A stretch of 63,639 nucleotides of DNA, filler included, from Guillardia theta CCMP2712 (lineage: Eukaryota > Protista > Cryptophyta), in NCBI RefSeq assembly GCF_000315625.1. It is 7 parts of 7 records of this genome, joined end to end, with 100 filler letters (N's around TTAATTAATTAA, not from the genome) between each part and the next. Parts side by side here need not be neighbours in the genome. Positions count along the whole stretch, not along the records: positions 1 to 19,320 come from NW_005434660.1; positions 19,421 to 26,438 come from NW_005434227.1; 5 more parts are not named here. One strand, written 5' to 3'. The notes under the pieces are model-generated. The model was given only the letters and a program-made list of their open reading frames with translations, did not search any database and was not told where the DNA came from. A program made the position numbers and the translations under genes. Shown here piece after piece: positions 11,583 to 22,400 of the stretch; within the stretch, counting starts at the first letter, position 1, and each line of letters opens with the position of its first letter.

Positions 11583-12593
11583 ATCATAGATTGATTGAGT
11601 GAAGAGATGTGAGTGATAGCGGCGATCTTCATTGTGCTGTTATGCTTCAATGAGTTATAGACCTCGTCGTTGTTTGCCTACTCTGCCTCTTGTTGCGTGT
11701 CGGAGTCCTAGTGTGTGATCGAGAGTCCAGCATGACGACGATCTCAAGCATACCTGAGTCTCTTGCATGCTGACAGCATGGGTTCGGAACGAGTCCTCTT
11801 CCTCTCGCCCTGACGCGCCCCTGGGCCCTGTACTGCCATACCTGACTAGCTCCGCTTTCTGCACCTGGAGGCCGTGACCACCCCTCCCTTACATACTCAC
11901 AAAAGGGGGTGGGTAGTTTGCTCAGCAAAGACGGAGGGGTGGGGTGTATTGTGGGATATTGAAGGGTAGGGGTACATATTGAGTAAAATTTGAAAAATCG
12001 TTTGAAGGCGAGTAGAAAAATGGCAGACACACCAAGACAGAGAAGCGAAGAGAGGAGAGGAGAGGAGGATGGCAGAGGGCAGGACAGCGCAGGACACGAG
12101 GATAGACTAGGATAGACTAGGAGAGCATAGGTGAGAGATTATGAGAAAGCAGAGCACAGTGGAGCCGATTCGAGCCGAGCTGAGTGATGTGGAGACAAAG
12201 GAATCGCCGAGGCATCATGGGAGTAGCAAACACACTTTAGTGGACGATTGGATAGGCTGATGAGAGCCAAGTTGATAGAAGGGAAAGTTTTGCAACAGGT
12301 TGGGTTGAAGAGCTGATGCAGGAGGATGCGATGTAATGAGAGTTTGCTTACATAACATCCTGTTTTCTGGATCGTATTGATGGACCTTCTACATATTTGG
12401 CTTGTTAAGATATTCGTAAAGAGAGGTGTTAACTCCCAGTGAAAGATAGACTGAAGAAGTCTAAGTTTCCAATGAATGCAATTTCGGGACTTGACTTCGA
12501 GTGGCAGTGAGAATGATAACAGATCTGAATGATGCACCAGATCTTCCTATGATTATCATTGGCAACATTTGATTGTTCTTCAGGTGGACAAGG

Positions 12594-15500
12594 ATGGAGT
12601 TCGTAATTCCATCAAAACCGGATGACCTGCTTGATCCGAATGCGGCATGCCATGTGCAAGATTACGATCTCTCGGAAGCCCTTCCAAGACTCGATGGTTG
12701 AGATGGATGTTTCAATGTTTCAAGTCGCTCAACTGCATTGACAGGCTTGATTGATTTGCTGTGCGAAAACTCGACAAACATTTGCGAAGACGATTCGTTC
12801 GATTTGCTGTATTGCATCATCAGGTGAGCGGAAGCTTCTCCCCTCCCGCCTCCTCCGTCTACCTCAACGCCAACATCAGCTCCAGCTGACGATGATGGTG
12901 GCAGGTCGCATGAGGAGCTGACAGAAAATGTGAGGAGCAGAGTGTTCGATGTCCTGGTTACTGGCCTCTCGTGCCTCGGCGTCTACATCGACAGCATCTC
13001 CTCCTCCTCCTCCTCCTCAGAGCTCGCAACGGCCAGGAGTGCCTTGCGAATGCACGTCTTCCTCCTCAGGTGGCTCAGCTCCCTGGCCGAGAAGAGCTCT
13101 AGCGAGGCCTCGGGCATCGAGAAGGCTGCCCGACCAGCCAAGGGGAAGGCCAAACCTCGAGGAAGAGCAGCAGAACTCTGGTCGTGGGACTCCCAGCGGC
13201 TGAAGCTGCTTCAGACCTTCCGCAACATCCTGCAAGCAAACCTGCAACGGTTGTGGTCGCCCTCGAAGCCGGAGGAGAACTTTGTGAACCTCTTCCTCTC
13301 TGTCGCCTTCAACGCTCTCGCCATCCCTGCCTGCGGCAAGGACAAGGACACACGAGCATGCATCAACAACATCATCCTCTCCTGCGCCGGACACCTGGGG
13401 CAGCACGTGAACGCTGCAAGCCACCTGATGAACGCGCTGAACCATCACGAGCACGCGACAGTTGCTGCGGCAGAGCTCCTGGTTGTGGCGTCACAGCACT
13501 CCTTCTCCTCATTCATCGCCGAGGTCATGAATGAGATCGGTCGTATGCCCATGGCGGATCTCGCTAGGGACGCGGCAGTCGCTCGCAACTTCTCCTCCTT
13601 CCTCTGCGAGCTGGCGGAGATGGCGCCTTCGGTTGCTCTGAGCCATATGAGCGTGTTGAACCCGCACCTTCAGGTCTCAACTCGCTCCCTCCCCTCTCTT
13701 GGTCTGACGTGCCTGCCCAGTACGGCGAGTCGTACGTCATGAGGAACGCCGTCCTCCACGTCATCGGCTGCACCATCATCGAGCTCGCGGAGATGGTGAG
13801 GAAGGAGAGGTCGGAGACTCTCATCAAGACGCGCGAGAGCCTCCTGCAGATCATGCGCGAGAGGACGCATGACGTGAACGCCTTCACGCGCAGCAAAGTC
13901 CTGCAGGTCTGGTCCATGCTCTGCGACAAAGACGCCATCCCCAAGAAGACTCAGGTCAATCCCTCCCCGCCTCCCTCCCTCTCCTCCCTTCCCTGTCCCT
14001 TCCTCCCTCTCTCTTCTCCCTAGCTCTTCTCCCCTCCCCCTTCATCTCTGCAACTGACACCCCTGTAGCCTGCGGTGGTTCAGCTCGCCACAGCTCGGCT
14101 AGAGGACAAGTCAGCTCAGGTGCGCAAGAGCGCGATCCAGCTTCTGCGGGGCCTCGTGCAGAAGAATCCGTACGCACACTCGCTTCCTCTCTCCGTGTTC
14201 CGCGGGAAGCTCGCTGAAGCTGAAGCCAACCTGACCAAGGCAGAGGAGGAGATCGCTGTGACCTTCCCTACCAAGGAGGAGGGAGATGGTGAGGAGGGAG
14301 AAGTGAAGAAGGAAGAGGCAGAGGAGGAAGAAATGAAGGAGGAGGAGCCGGCTGAAGGAGTGAAGACTGAAGAGGGAAAAGATGAAAAGCTGGAGGAGCT
14401 CAGATCGAGGGTGAACTTCTATCAGGCAAGTCCCAATCCTCCTCCTCCTCCTCCTCCTCCTCCTCCTCTTTCCTAACTACCCTCCTCCTCCTCCTTCTCT
14501 GACACTCTGGTCAACCTGCAGGCAGCTGTCACGTTTGTCACCACCATCCATCGCGCTGTCGTCATCATCGAGTCGCTCCTTCGCTCCTCCACCGTCAGCG
14601 ACGTCACCGAGGCCATCCACTTCCTCGTCGCCGTCTATCCCTTCCAGATGGAGGTGGCGCAGCAGAGTGTCCGCCGCATGCTCCTCCTCGTCTGCAGCAA
14701 GGAGCCGTCGGTCTGCGAGAGCGTGGTGGAGGCCTACGGCAGCATCTTCCTTTCCCCGCTCCAGGAGGACCAGAGCAGAGATGCGCTCCTCTTCACTGCT
14801 CAGCGACTGACGGAGCTGATCCGAGAGGCGACGGTGGGAGAGGTGGCATCCCTGGAGCAGGTGCTGGAGAAGCTCTGCGACAGCGGGGCGATGCCTCTTC
14901 CTCTCCTCACAGCTCTGTGGGAGAAGATGGAGGAAGGGAACGAGGAGGCAGCGATCTTCCTGTCTCTCTGCGCGAGCAAGGCTCCTCTCTCCCTCTCCTC
15001 CAAGTTCCTCGAGCTCGTCCGTGGCAAGAAGCTCGCGGAACTCCAGCGCTCTCCCGTCATCAGCCGCAGCCTCTGCCTGGTAGCAGAGAGGCTGGCAGGT
15101 CGAGGCGCGAAGATGGAGGAGCAGGATCGCTCGCTCGTCTCGCGGTTTCTCTCCTCTGTCGTCCTCTACGAGGATGCGGCACGTCACGACTTGTGGCTCC
15201 CTGCCGCAGAGCAGGCGATCAACGCCCTTGTGCTCCTGCACCCCCGCCCTCACGACGCCTTCGCTGCTCTGCTCCGGGAGGCAGCCGGTCAGGTGCTGGC
15301 TAGGAGGATGGAGGGCGTGGAGGGGTCCAAGACATGCGAGGCCTGGCGACTCGCTCGCTTCCTGCACGTGCTGGGACACGTGGCGATCAAGCAGCTCGCG
15401 CTCGCCGAGTCAGTTGGAGCAGCTCAGCAGAGGCAGAAGCAGAAGGAGGAGGAGAACAAGCAGAAGAAAAAGTCCAAGGACGAGGAGGAAGGCATCGAGG

Positions 15501-17483
15501 CCACCGTAGGAGGTGAAGACGCAGCCATCCAGGACACCCGGGCGGAGAGGGCGAGGGAAGTGGGAGAGCGGGACCTGCTGCAGGAGCAGCACCTGGTGGG
15601 GATGTACGGGAGGCTGGTGAGGGTCGTGTGCCTGGATGAGGACGGGGCCTTCACTCAGAGCTGCGTGAGGACGGCAGCGGTGCTGGCGCTCTCCAAGCTC
15701 ATGTGCGTCAGCAGCAAGTACTGCGAGGAGAACCTCCAGCTCCTCTTCTCCATCATGATCGCCTCCCCAGACCCCCAGGTGCTTTCCTTCCTTGCCCCTT
15801 CCATCACCCTCGCCCTCCTCCCTCTCCTCCCTCTCATCTCTCCTCCCTTCTCTCTCCTCTTACTCCTCATGCAGGTTCGCTCCAACATCGTCGTCGCCCT
15901 CGGCGACTTGACGTTCCGCTGGACCAACTTGACGGAGCCCTGGATGACTCACATCTACGCCCTCCTCCGTGACCCGGTGCTGCGAGCCTCCCTCCCCCCT
16001 CCCCTTCTTCTCTCTCTTTCCAGCTTTACTTTCCCTCCCCCTGCTCTCCCTCGATGCTTCTTTCCCCCTCGCCTCTCCTTGCTCCAGGAAGTGACGTGGC
16101 ATGCAGGAGGTGAAGGTGCGACACAACACGCTGACTGTCCTCACCCACCTCGTCCTCAACGACATGGTCAAAGTGCGGGGGCAGGTCAGAAGAGGAGGAG
16201 GAAGCAGGCGAGGGGGGCAGGAAGGTGACGAGGTTTCCACAGATCAGCGAGATGGCGCTGTGCCTGGAGGACGGGGACGAGCGGATCGCAGAGATGGCAA
16301 AGCTCTTCTTCTTCGAGTTCAGGCACAAGAACCAGGGCATGCTGCTCTACAACCTCCTGCCCGACATGATCGGGAGGCTGTCGGCTGCCCAGCTGGAGGA
16401 AGCGAAGTTCCGCCGCATCATCCGCTTTGTCTTCTCCTTCATCGACAAGGCAAAGCAGACGGACGGACTCGTGGACAAGTTCTGTCAGGTGCCCCAGCGC
16501 TCCTCCCCCTCCCCCCCCCTCCTCCTCTTTTCTTCTTCTCTACACTCACTCCCTCTGCTCCCAGCGCTTCCGTGCCACGGACGATCAGCGGCAGTGGCGA
16601 GACATCGCCTTCTGCTTGTCGAACCTTAACTTCTCCGAGAAAGGAGTCAAACGGCTCTGCGAGGAGTCAAACTTCAAGGTCAATCCTCCCTCCCTCCCTC
16701 CCTCCTCTCTCTTTCCCTCCCTCCATCCCTCCCTCCATCCCTCCATCCATCCCTCCCTCCCTCCCTCCCTCCCTCCCTCCATGTTCTCGGCTGACGCTCA
16801 CTCCAGGCGTTTGCTGACAAGCTCTTCGATGAGGACATCAGCGCGTCCTTCGCTCTCATCGTCTCCAAGGCTCGCAAGCTGCCGAAGGCCGGGGAAGGGA
16901 AGTGCGTCGGCGACGAGCTTGAGAGCAAGATCCAGGTGAAGGAGGAGGAGGAGGAGGAGGAGAAGCTGACGGGCTCCAAGGCTGTCCTCGAGTCGTCTCA
17001 GGAGGCGAACAACCCAGAAGAAGGAGAGGCAGGAGAGGGCTCTGCTCCTCGCTCTGCCGTCAAGCCTGCGAGGAAACCGGCAGCAGCTAGAGGAGGCAGG
17101 AAGCCGCCGGCAAGAGGAAGGAAGAAGAAAGCGAGCGAAGACGTGGGTCTCCTTCTCCTCCCCTTCGCTTCTCATCTCGTTGCACAGGAATGTGACGATG
17201 AGTCTGAGCCAAGCGATGAGGAAGAGACGGTGAGGCTTGCTTCCCTCCCCCAACCCCCTGACATGCCTGACAGCCCAAGCCCACCCGAGCAACGCGTGGC
17301 AAGGAGAGCAAGCGGCACGTGGACGAGTCGTTGGAGGAGGAAGAGGAGGAGGAAGAAGAGAAGGAGAACACCAAGGTTCAGCTCGTCCTTCCCTCCCTCC
17401 CTCGCATGCTGACGTCTCCTCAGGTGAACGTGTCTCGAGCAAAGGCAGGAGGGAGAAGTGCAAGAGCTAGAGCTAGAGTGTAA
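12594..17483 (+). CDS. NCAPD2: Condensin I complex subunit 1 (CAP-D2/Cnd1/Ycs4), multi-exon
   Basis: N-terminal MEFVIPSKPDDLL; ESYVMRNAVL; ERTHDVNAFTRSKVLQ; RLEDKSAQVRKSAIQLL; LALSKLMCVSSKYCEENLQLLF; VRSNIVVALGDLTFRW; LTHLVLNDMVKVRGQ|ISEMALCLED; LYNLLPDMIGRL. Confidence 0.93.
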
Positions 17484-17502
17484 TGCGAGTAACTGACTAA
17501 CA

Positions 17503-18509
17503 TCAACGGTTGAGCCCGATGTCTTGAAGGAAGTTCACAGTCAGATCGCAGAGCTGTCGCAGCTGAGGAACAGCCTGCGAGAGTTTCTGCACGGCCAGTG
17601 AGCGAGGGCGCAGCAGCATCCTCGTACCTCTTCGTCGAGCTTCTCCTTAGCCATGAACGGCTTCACTTCACACCCTCCTGTCTCCTCGCCGTCCTGCTGC
17701 TCCTGTTCAGCTGAGAGAGGTGAGTTCGCCAGGAGGGTGCGAGGGCTCAGAATCTTCTTCTCGTACGTGTCGTAGGAGGCTGCTGGCACGTCAAACATGT
17801 CCAGTCATAACACCACATAACCTGTCTGCGACTGAGTGGCGAGCTCGAGTAGCGTGTCCCGGATCTTGTAGAGTCGTGGGCGTCAAGAGGAGGGAGGGAG
17901 AGGGTCAGGACTGACCTCGTCGTCCATACAGACAAGAAAGTCGAAGTTGTCGAGGTCCTCCATGCTGAAGGCTGCTCGCGGGTTAGTGTGCGTGAGATCG
18001 ATGCCTTTCTCAGCCGCCGACGCGATGAGCGGGAGGGGAACTGCCTCCCCGGGAGCATTCCGCAGCCCAGCTGACAGCACGAGGAGGCGCTCGAGGGCGA
18101 CGGCGCTGGCGGTGGAGGAGGGGGGGGCCTGGAGGCGCTGTATGATCTGAGTCATGAGCCTCTCGGCCAGCAGGGCTCTGTAGCACATGTTGCTGACGAA
18201 GAGGACGGGAATGAAAGTTCTGCTGCTTCCCCCGCTGATCGTCAACGCGTCTTGGTCGAACCTCCTTGTCGCCTTCCATTGCCGGATCAGCTCCTGAGGA
18301 GACTGGAAGCCTCTCCTCTCCCCAGCCTCCCCGGGCCCCTCCCTGCCCTGCCCTGCCCTCCTGCTCATCTTCAGTGACCGCATGCACCTCCTACTCGGCG
18401 CTGAGTGAAGGCTCGAGCTCGGCGAGAGTGCAGGGAGAAGGACGAACTGAAGCGTGGATGGCACGTTCAGGACGAGGAAGAGGAAGGATAGGAAGAGCCT
18501 TGGTCCCAT
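17503..18509 (-). CDS. Low-molecular-weight phosphotyrosine phosphatase-like protein with a bipartite leader; catalytic loop degenerate
   Basis: VLFVSNMCYRALLAE, SAG, EKGIDL and EDLDNFDFLVCMD resemble LMW-PTP/ArsC motifs. Leader MGPRLFLSFLFLVLNVPSTLQ-F. Spliced end LRQLCDLTVNFLQDIGLNR*. Confidence 0.65.
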
Positions 18510-18685
18510 CGCGTGCGCTGGAAGAATCTGAAGTGGCAGGAAGACGAAAGTAGAAGCGAAGGATAACAGAAGAGAACCAGAGGGGTGTGGGCAGGTGGGG
18601 GGAGCTAGAGACGAGGAGGAGAGGGATGGGTGGAGAAGCGAGCACGAGGGATAAGGGGTGGGATGGAGGCGGTGTTCGATCGCGA

Positions 18686-19012
<327 letters not shown>

Positions 19013-19320
19013 GTCCCAGTGAGCAGCCTCTTCTGATCCCACCCCCACCCCCTTGTTTGACTTGGACCACCCCATGTCGGCAATTAGATCAGCGGGGATG
19101 GAAATGGCAGAACTTGACCCGAACCTTCGGCTGTGGAAGACAGAAGAGGTACGAGAAGATGAGAGAGGGAGAGGAGGAGAAGAGGAGAAGAGAGGAGGAG
19201 AGAGAAGAGGAGAGAGAAGAGGAGGGTTCAGAGAGGAGCAGGAAGGAGGAAAAGAGGAGAGGGGGGAAGAGTGTGGGAGGTGGGTAGAAGTGAGAGCGAG
19301 GGGAAGGTGTAGGAGCGAAG

Positions 19321-19420
19321 NNNNNNNNNNNNNNNNNNNNNNNNNNNNNNNNNNNNNNNNNNNNTTAATTAATTAANNNNNNNNNNNNNNNNNNNNNNNN
19401 NNNNNNNNNNNNNNNNNNNN
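19321..19420. other. Artificial assembly spacer (44N-TTAATTAATTAA-44N); identical spacers at 26439-26538, 34333-34432, 55250-55349, 60258-60357 and 62428-62527
   Basis: Identical 100-bp construct with stop codons in all six frames, seen six times. Confidence 0.97.
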
Positions 19421-22400
19421 CCTTGACCCCCCTGTTTCTCGACGGATCCTGCCGGCCGGGCCCGTCAGTAGACCGACTGCAGCCTTCAGCCCCGCCTCAG
19501 ACCCCCTGGAGGCCCGCCAGGAGGCTAAGTGTCCGGAGATTGGCCGGGGGCCTGATCTCTCCGGGCGGCCGTGACCGGTCAGCGGACCGTGTCAGCAGGC
19601 CCGTGACATGTCAGCCGGCTGACAGGGTCCGTGACCCGGCTGACAGGCTCACCTGACCGGTCACGTGACACATCACGTGACCGAGACAAGACTTTTTTAT
19701 ATCGCAGATCCAAAAACCCATAGGACATTTCTCCCAGGGGGAAGAAAACCTCCCTTGACCCCCCTGTTTCTCGACGGATCCTGCCGGCCGGGCCCGTCAG
19801 TAGACCGACTGCAGCCTTCAGCCCCGCCTCAGACCCCCTGGAGGCCCGCCAGGAGGCTAAGTGTCCGGAGATTGGCCGGGGGCCTGATCTCTCCGGGCGG
19901 CGTGACCGGTCAGCGGACCGTGTCAGCAGGCCCGTGACATGTCAGCCGGCTGACAGGGGCCGTGACCCGGCTGACAGGCTCACCTGACCGGTCACGTGAC
20001 ACATCACGTGACCGAGACAAGACTTTTTTATATCGCAGATCCAAAAACCCATAGGACATTTCTCCCAAGGGGAAGAAAACCTCCCTTGACCCCCCTGTTT
20101 CTCGACGGATCCTGCCGGCCGGGCCCGTCAGTAGACCGACTGCAGCCTTCAGCCCCGCCTCAGACCCCCTGGAGGCCCGCCAGGAGGCTAAGTGTCCGGA
20201 GATTGGCCGGGGGCCTGATCTCTCCGGGCGGCCGTGACCGGTCAGCGGACCGTGTCAGCAGGCCCGTGACATGTCAGCCGGCTGACAGGGGCCGTGACCC
20301 GGCTGACAGGCTCACCTGACCGGTCACGTGACACATCACGTGACCGAGACAAGACTTTTTTATATCGCAGATCCAAAAACCCATAGGACATTTCTCCCAG
20401 GGGGAAGAAAACCTCCCTTGACCCCCCTGTTTCTCGACGGATCCTGCCGGCCGGGCCCGTCAGTAGACCGACTGCAGCCTTCAGCCCCGCCTCAGACCCC
20501 CTGGAGGCCCGCCAGGAGGCTAAGTGTCCGGAGATTGGCCGGGGGCCTGATCTCTCCGGGCGGCCGTGACCGGTCAGCGGGCCGTGTCAGCAGGCCCGTG
20601 ACATGTCAGCCGGCTGACAGGGGCCGTGACCCGGCTGACAGGCTCACCTGACCGGTCACGTGACACATCACGTGACCGAGACAAGACTTTTTTATATCGC
20701 AGATCCAAAAACCCATAGGACATTTCTCCCAGGGGGAAGAAAACCTCCCTTGACCCCCCTGTTTCTCGACGGATCCTGCCGGCCGGGCCCGTCAGTAGAC
20801 CGACTGCAGCCTTCAGCCCCGCCTCAGACCCCCTGGAGGCCCGCCAGGAGGCTAAGTGTCCGGAGATTGGCCGGGGGCCTGATCTCTCCGGGCGGCCGTG
20901 ACCGGTCAGCGGGCCGTGTCAGCAGGCCCGTGACATGTCAGCCGGCTGACAGGGCCCGTGACCGGCTGACAGGCTCACTGACGGTCACGTGACACATCAC
21001 GTGACCGAGACAAGACTTTTTTATATCGCAGATCCAAAAACCCATAGGACATTTCTCCCAGGGGGAAGAAAACCTCCCTTGACCCCCCTGTTTCTCGACG
21101 GATCCTGCCGGCCGGGCCCGTCAGTAGACCGACTGCAGCCTTCAGCCCCGCCTCAGACCCCCTGGAGGCCCGCCAGGAGGCTAAGTGTCCGGAGATTGGC
21201 CGGGGGCCTGATCTCTCCGGGCGGCCGTGACCGGTCAGCGGACCGTGTCAGCAGGCCCGTGACATGTCAGCCGGCTGACAGGGTCCGTGACCCGGCTGAC
21301 AGGCTCACCTGACCGGTCACGTGACACATCACGTGACCGAGACAAGACTTTTTTATATCGCAGATCCAAAAACCCATAGGACATTTCTCCCAGGGGGAAG
21401 AAAACCTCCCTTGACCCCCCTGTTTCTCGACGGATCCTGCCGGCCGGGCCCGTCAGTAGACCGACTGCAGCCTTCAGCCCCGCCTCAGACCCCCTGGAGG
21501 CCCGCCAGGAGGCTAAGTGTCCGGAGATTGGCCGGGGGCCTGATCTCTCCGGGCGGCCGTGACCGGTCAGCGGACCGTGTCAGCAGGCCCGTGACATGTC
21601 AGCCGGCTGACAGGGTCCGTGACCCGGCTGACAGGCTCACCTGACCGGTCACGTGACACATCACGTGACCGAGACAAGACTTTTTTATATCGCAGATCCA
21701 AAAACCCATAGGACATTTCTCCCAGGGGGAAGAAAACCTCCCTTGACCCCCCTGTTTCTCGACGGATCCTGCCGGCCGGGCCAGTCAGTAGACCGACTGC
21801 AGCGTTCAGCACCGCCTCAGACCCCCTGGAGGCCCGCCAGGAGGCTAAGTGTCCGGAGATTGGCCGGGGGCATGATCTCTCCGCGCGGCCGTGACCGGTC
21901 AGCGGACAGTGTCAGCAGGCCCGTGACATGTCAGCCGGCTGACAGGGGCCGTACCCCGGCTGACAGGCTCACCTGACCGGTCACGTACACATTACGTGAC
22001 CGAGACAAGACTTTTTTATATCGTCAGATCACAAAAACCCATAGGACATTTCTCCCAGGGGGAAGAAAACCTCCCTTGACCCCCCTGTTTCTCGACGGAT
22101 CCTGCCGGCCGGGCCAGTCAGTAGACCGACTGCAGCCTTCAGCCCCGCCTCAGACCCCCTGGAGGCCCGCCAGGAGGCTAAGTGTCCGGAGATTGGCCGG
22201 GGGCCTGATCTCTCCGGGCGGCCGTGACCGGTCAGCGGACCGTGTCAGCAGGCCCGTGACATGTCAGCCGGCTGACAGGGTCCGTGACCCGGCTGACAGG
22301 CTCACCTGACCGGTCACGTGACACATCACGTGACCGAGACAAGACTTTTTTATATCGCAGATCCAAAAACCCATAGGACATTTCTCCCAGGGGGAAGAAA

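Noticed and set aside
11647-12537. Short minus-strand ORFs between the hypothetical gene and condensin
   Set aside because: No recognisable motifs or consistent exon chain, and they partly overlap a motif island.
19365-19376. TTAATTAATTAA repeated six times in the window
   Set aside because: It is a synthetic six-frame-stop spacer inside N runs, not a biological repeat. It also means array-to-condensin proximity cannot be used as evidence.
19421-19752. Monomer as a retrozyme (hammerhead or HDV-like ribozyme), 5S rRNA or tRNA
   Set aside because: No CUGANGA core on either strand. A GGACAU/GUGUCC pairing next to GCUAA lacks the P1 and P1.1 elements of an HDV fold. No 5S or tRNA signature was seen. 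An Infernal search would settle it.
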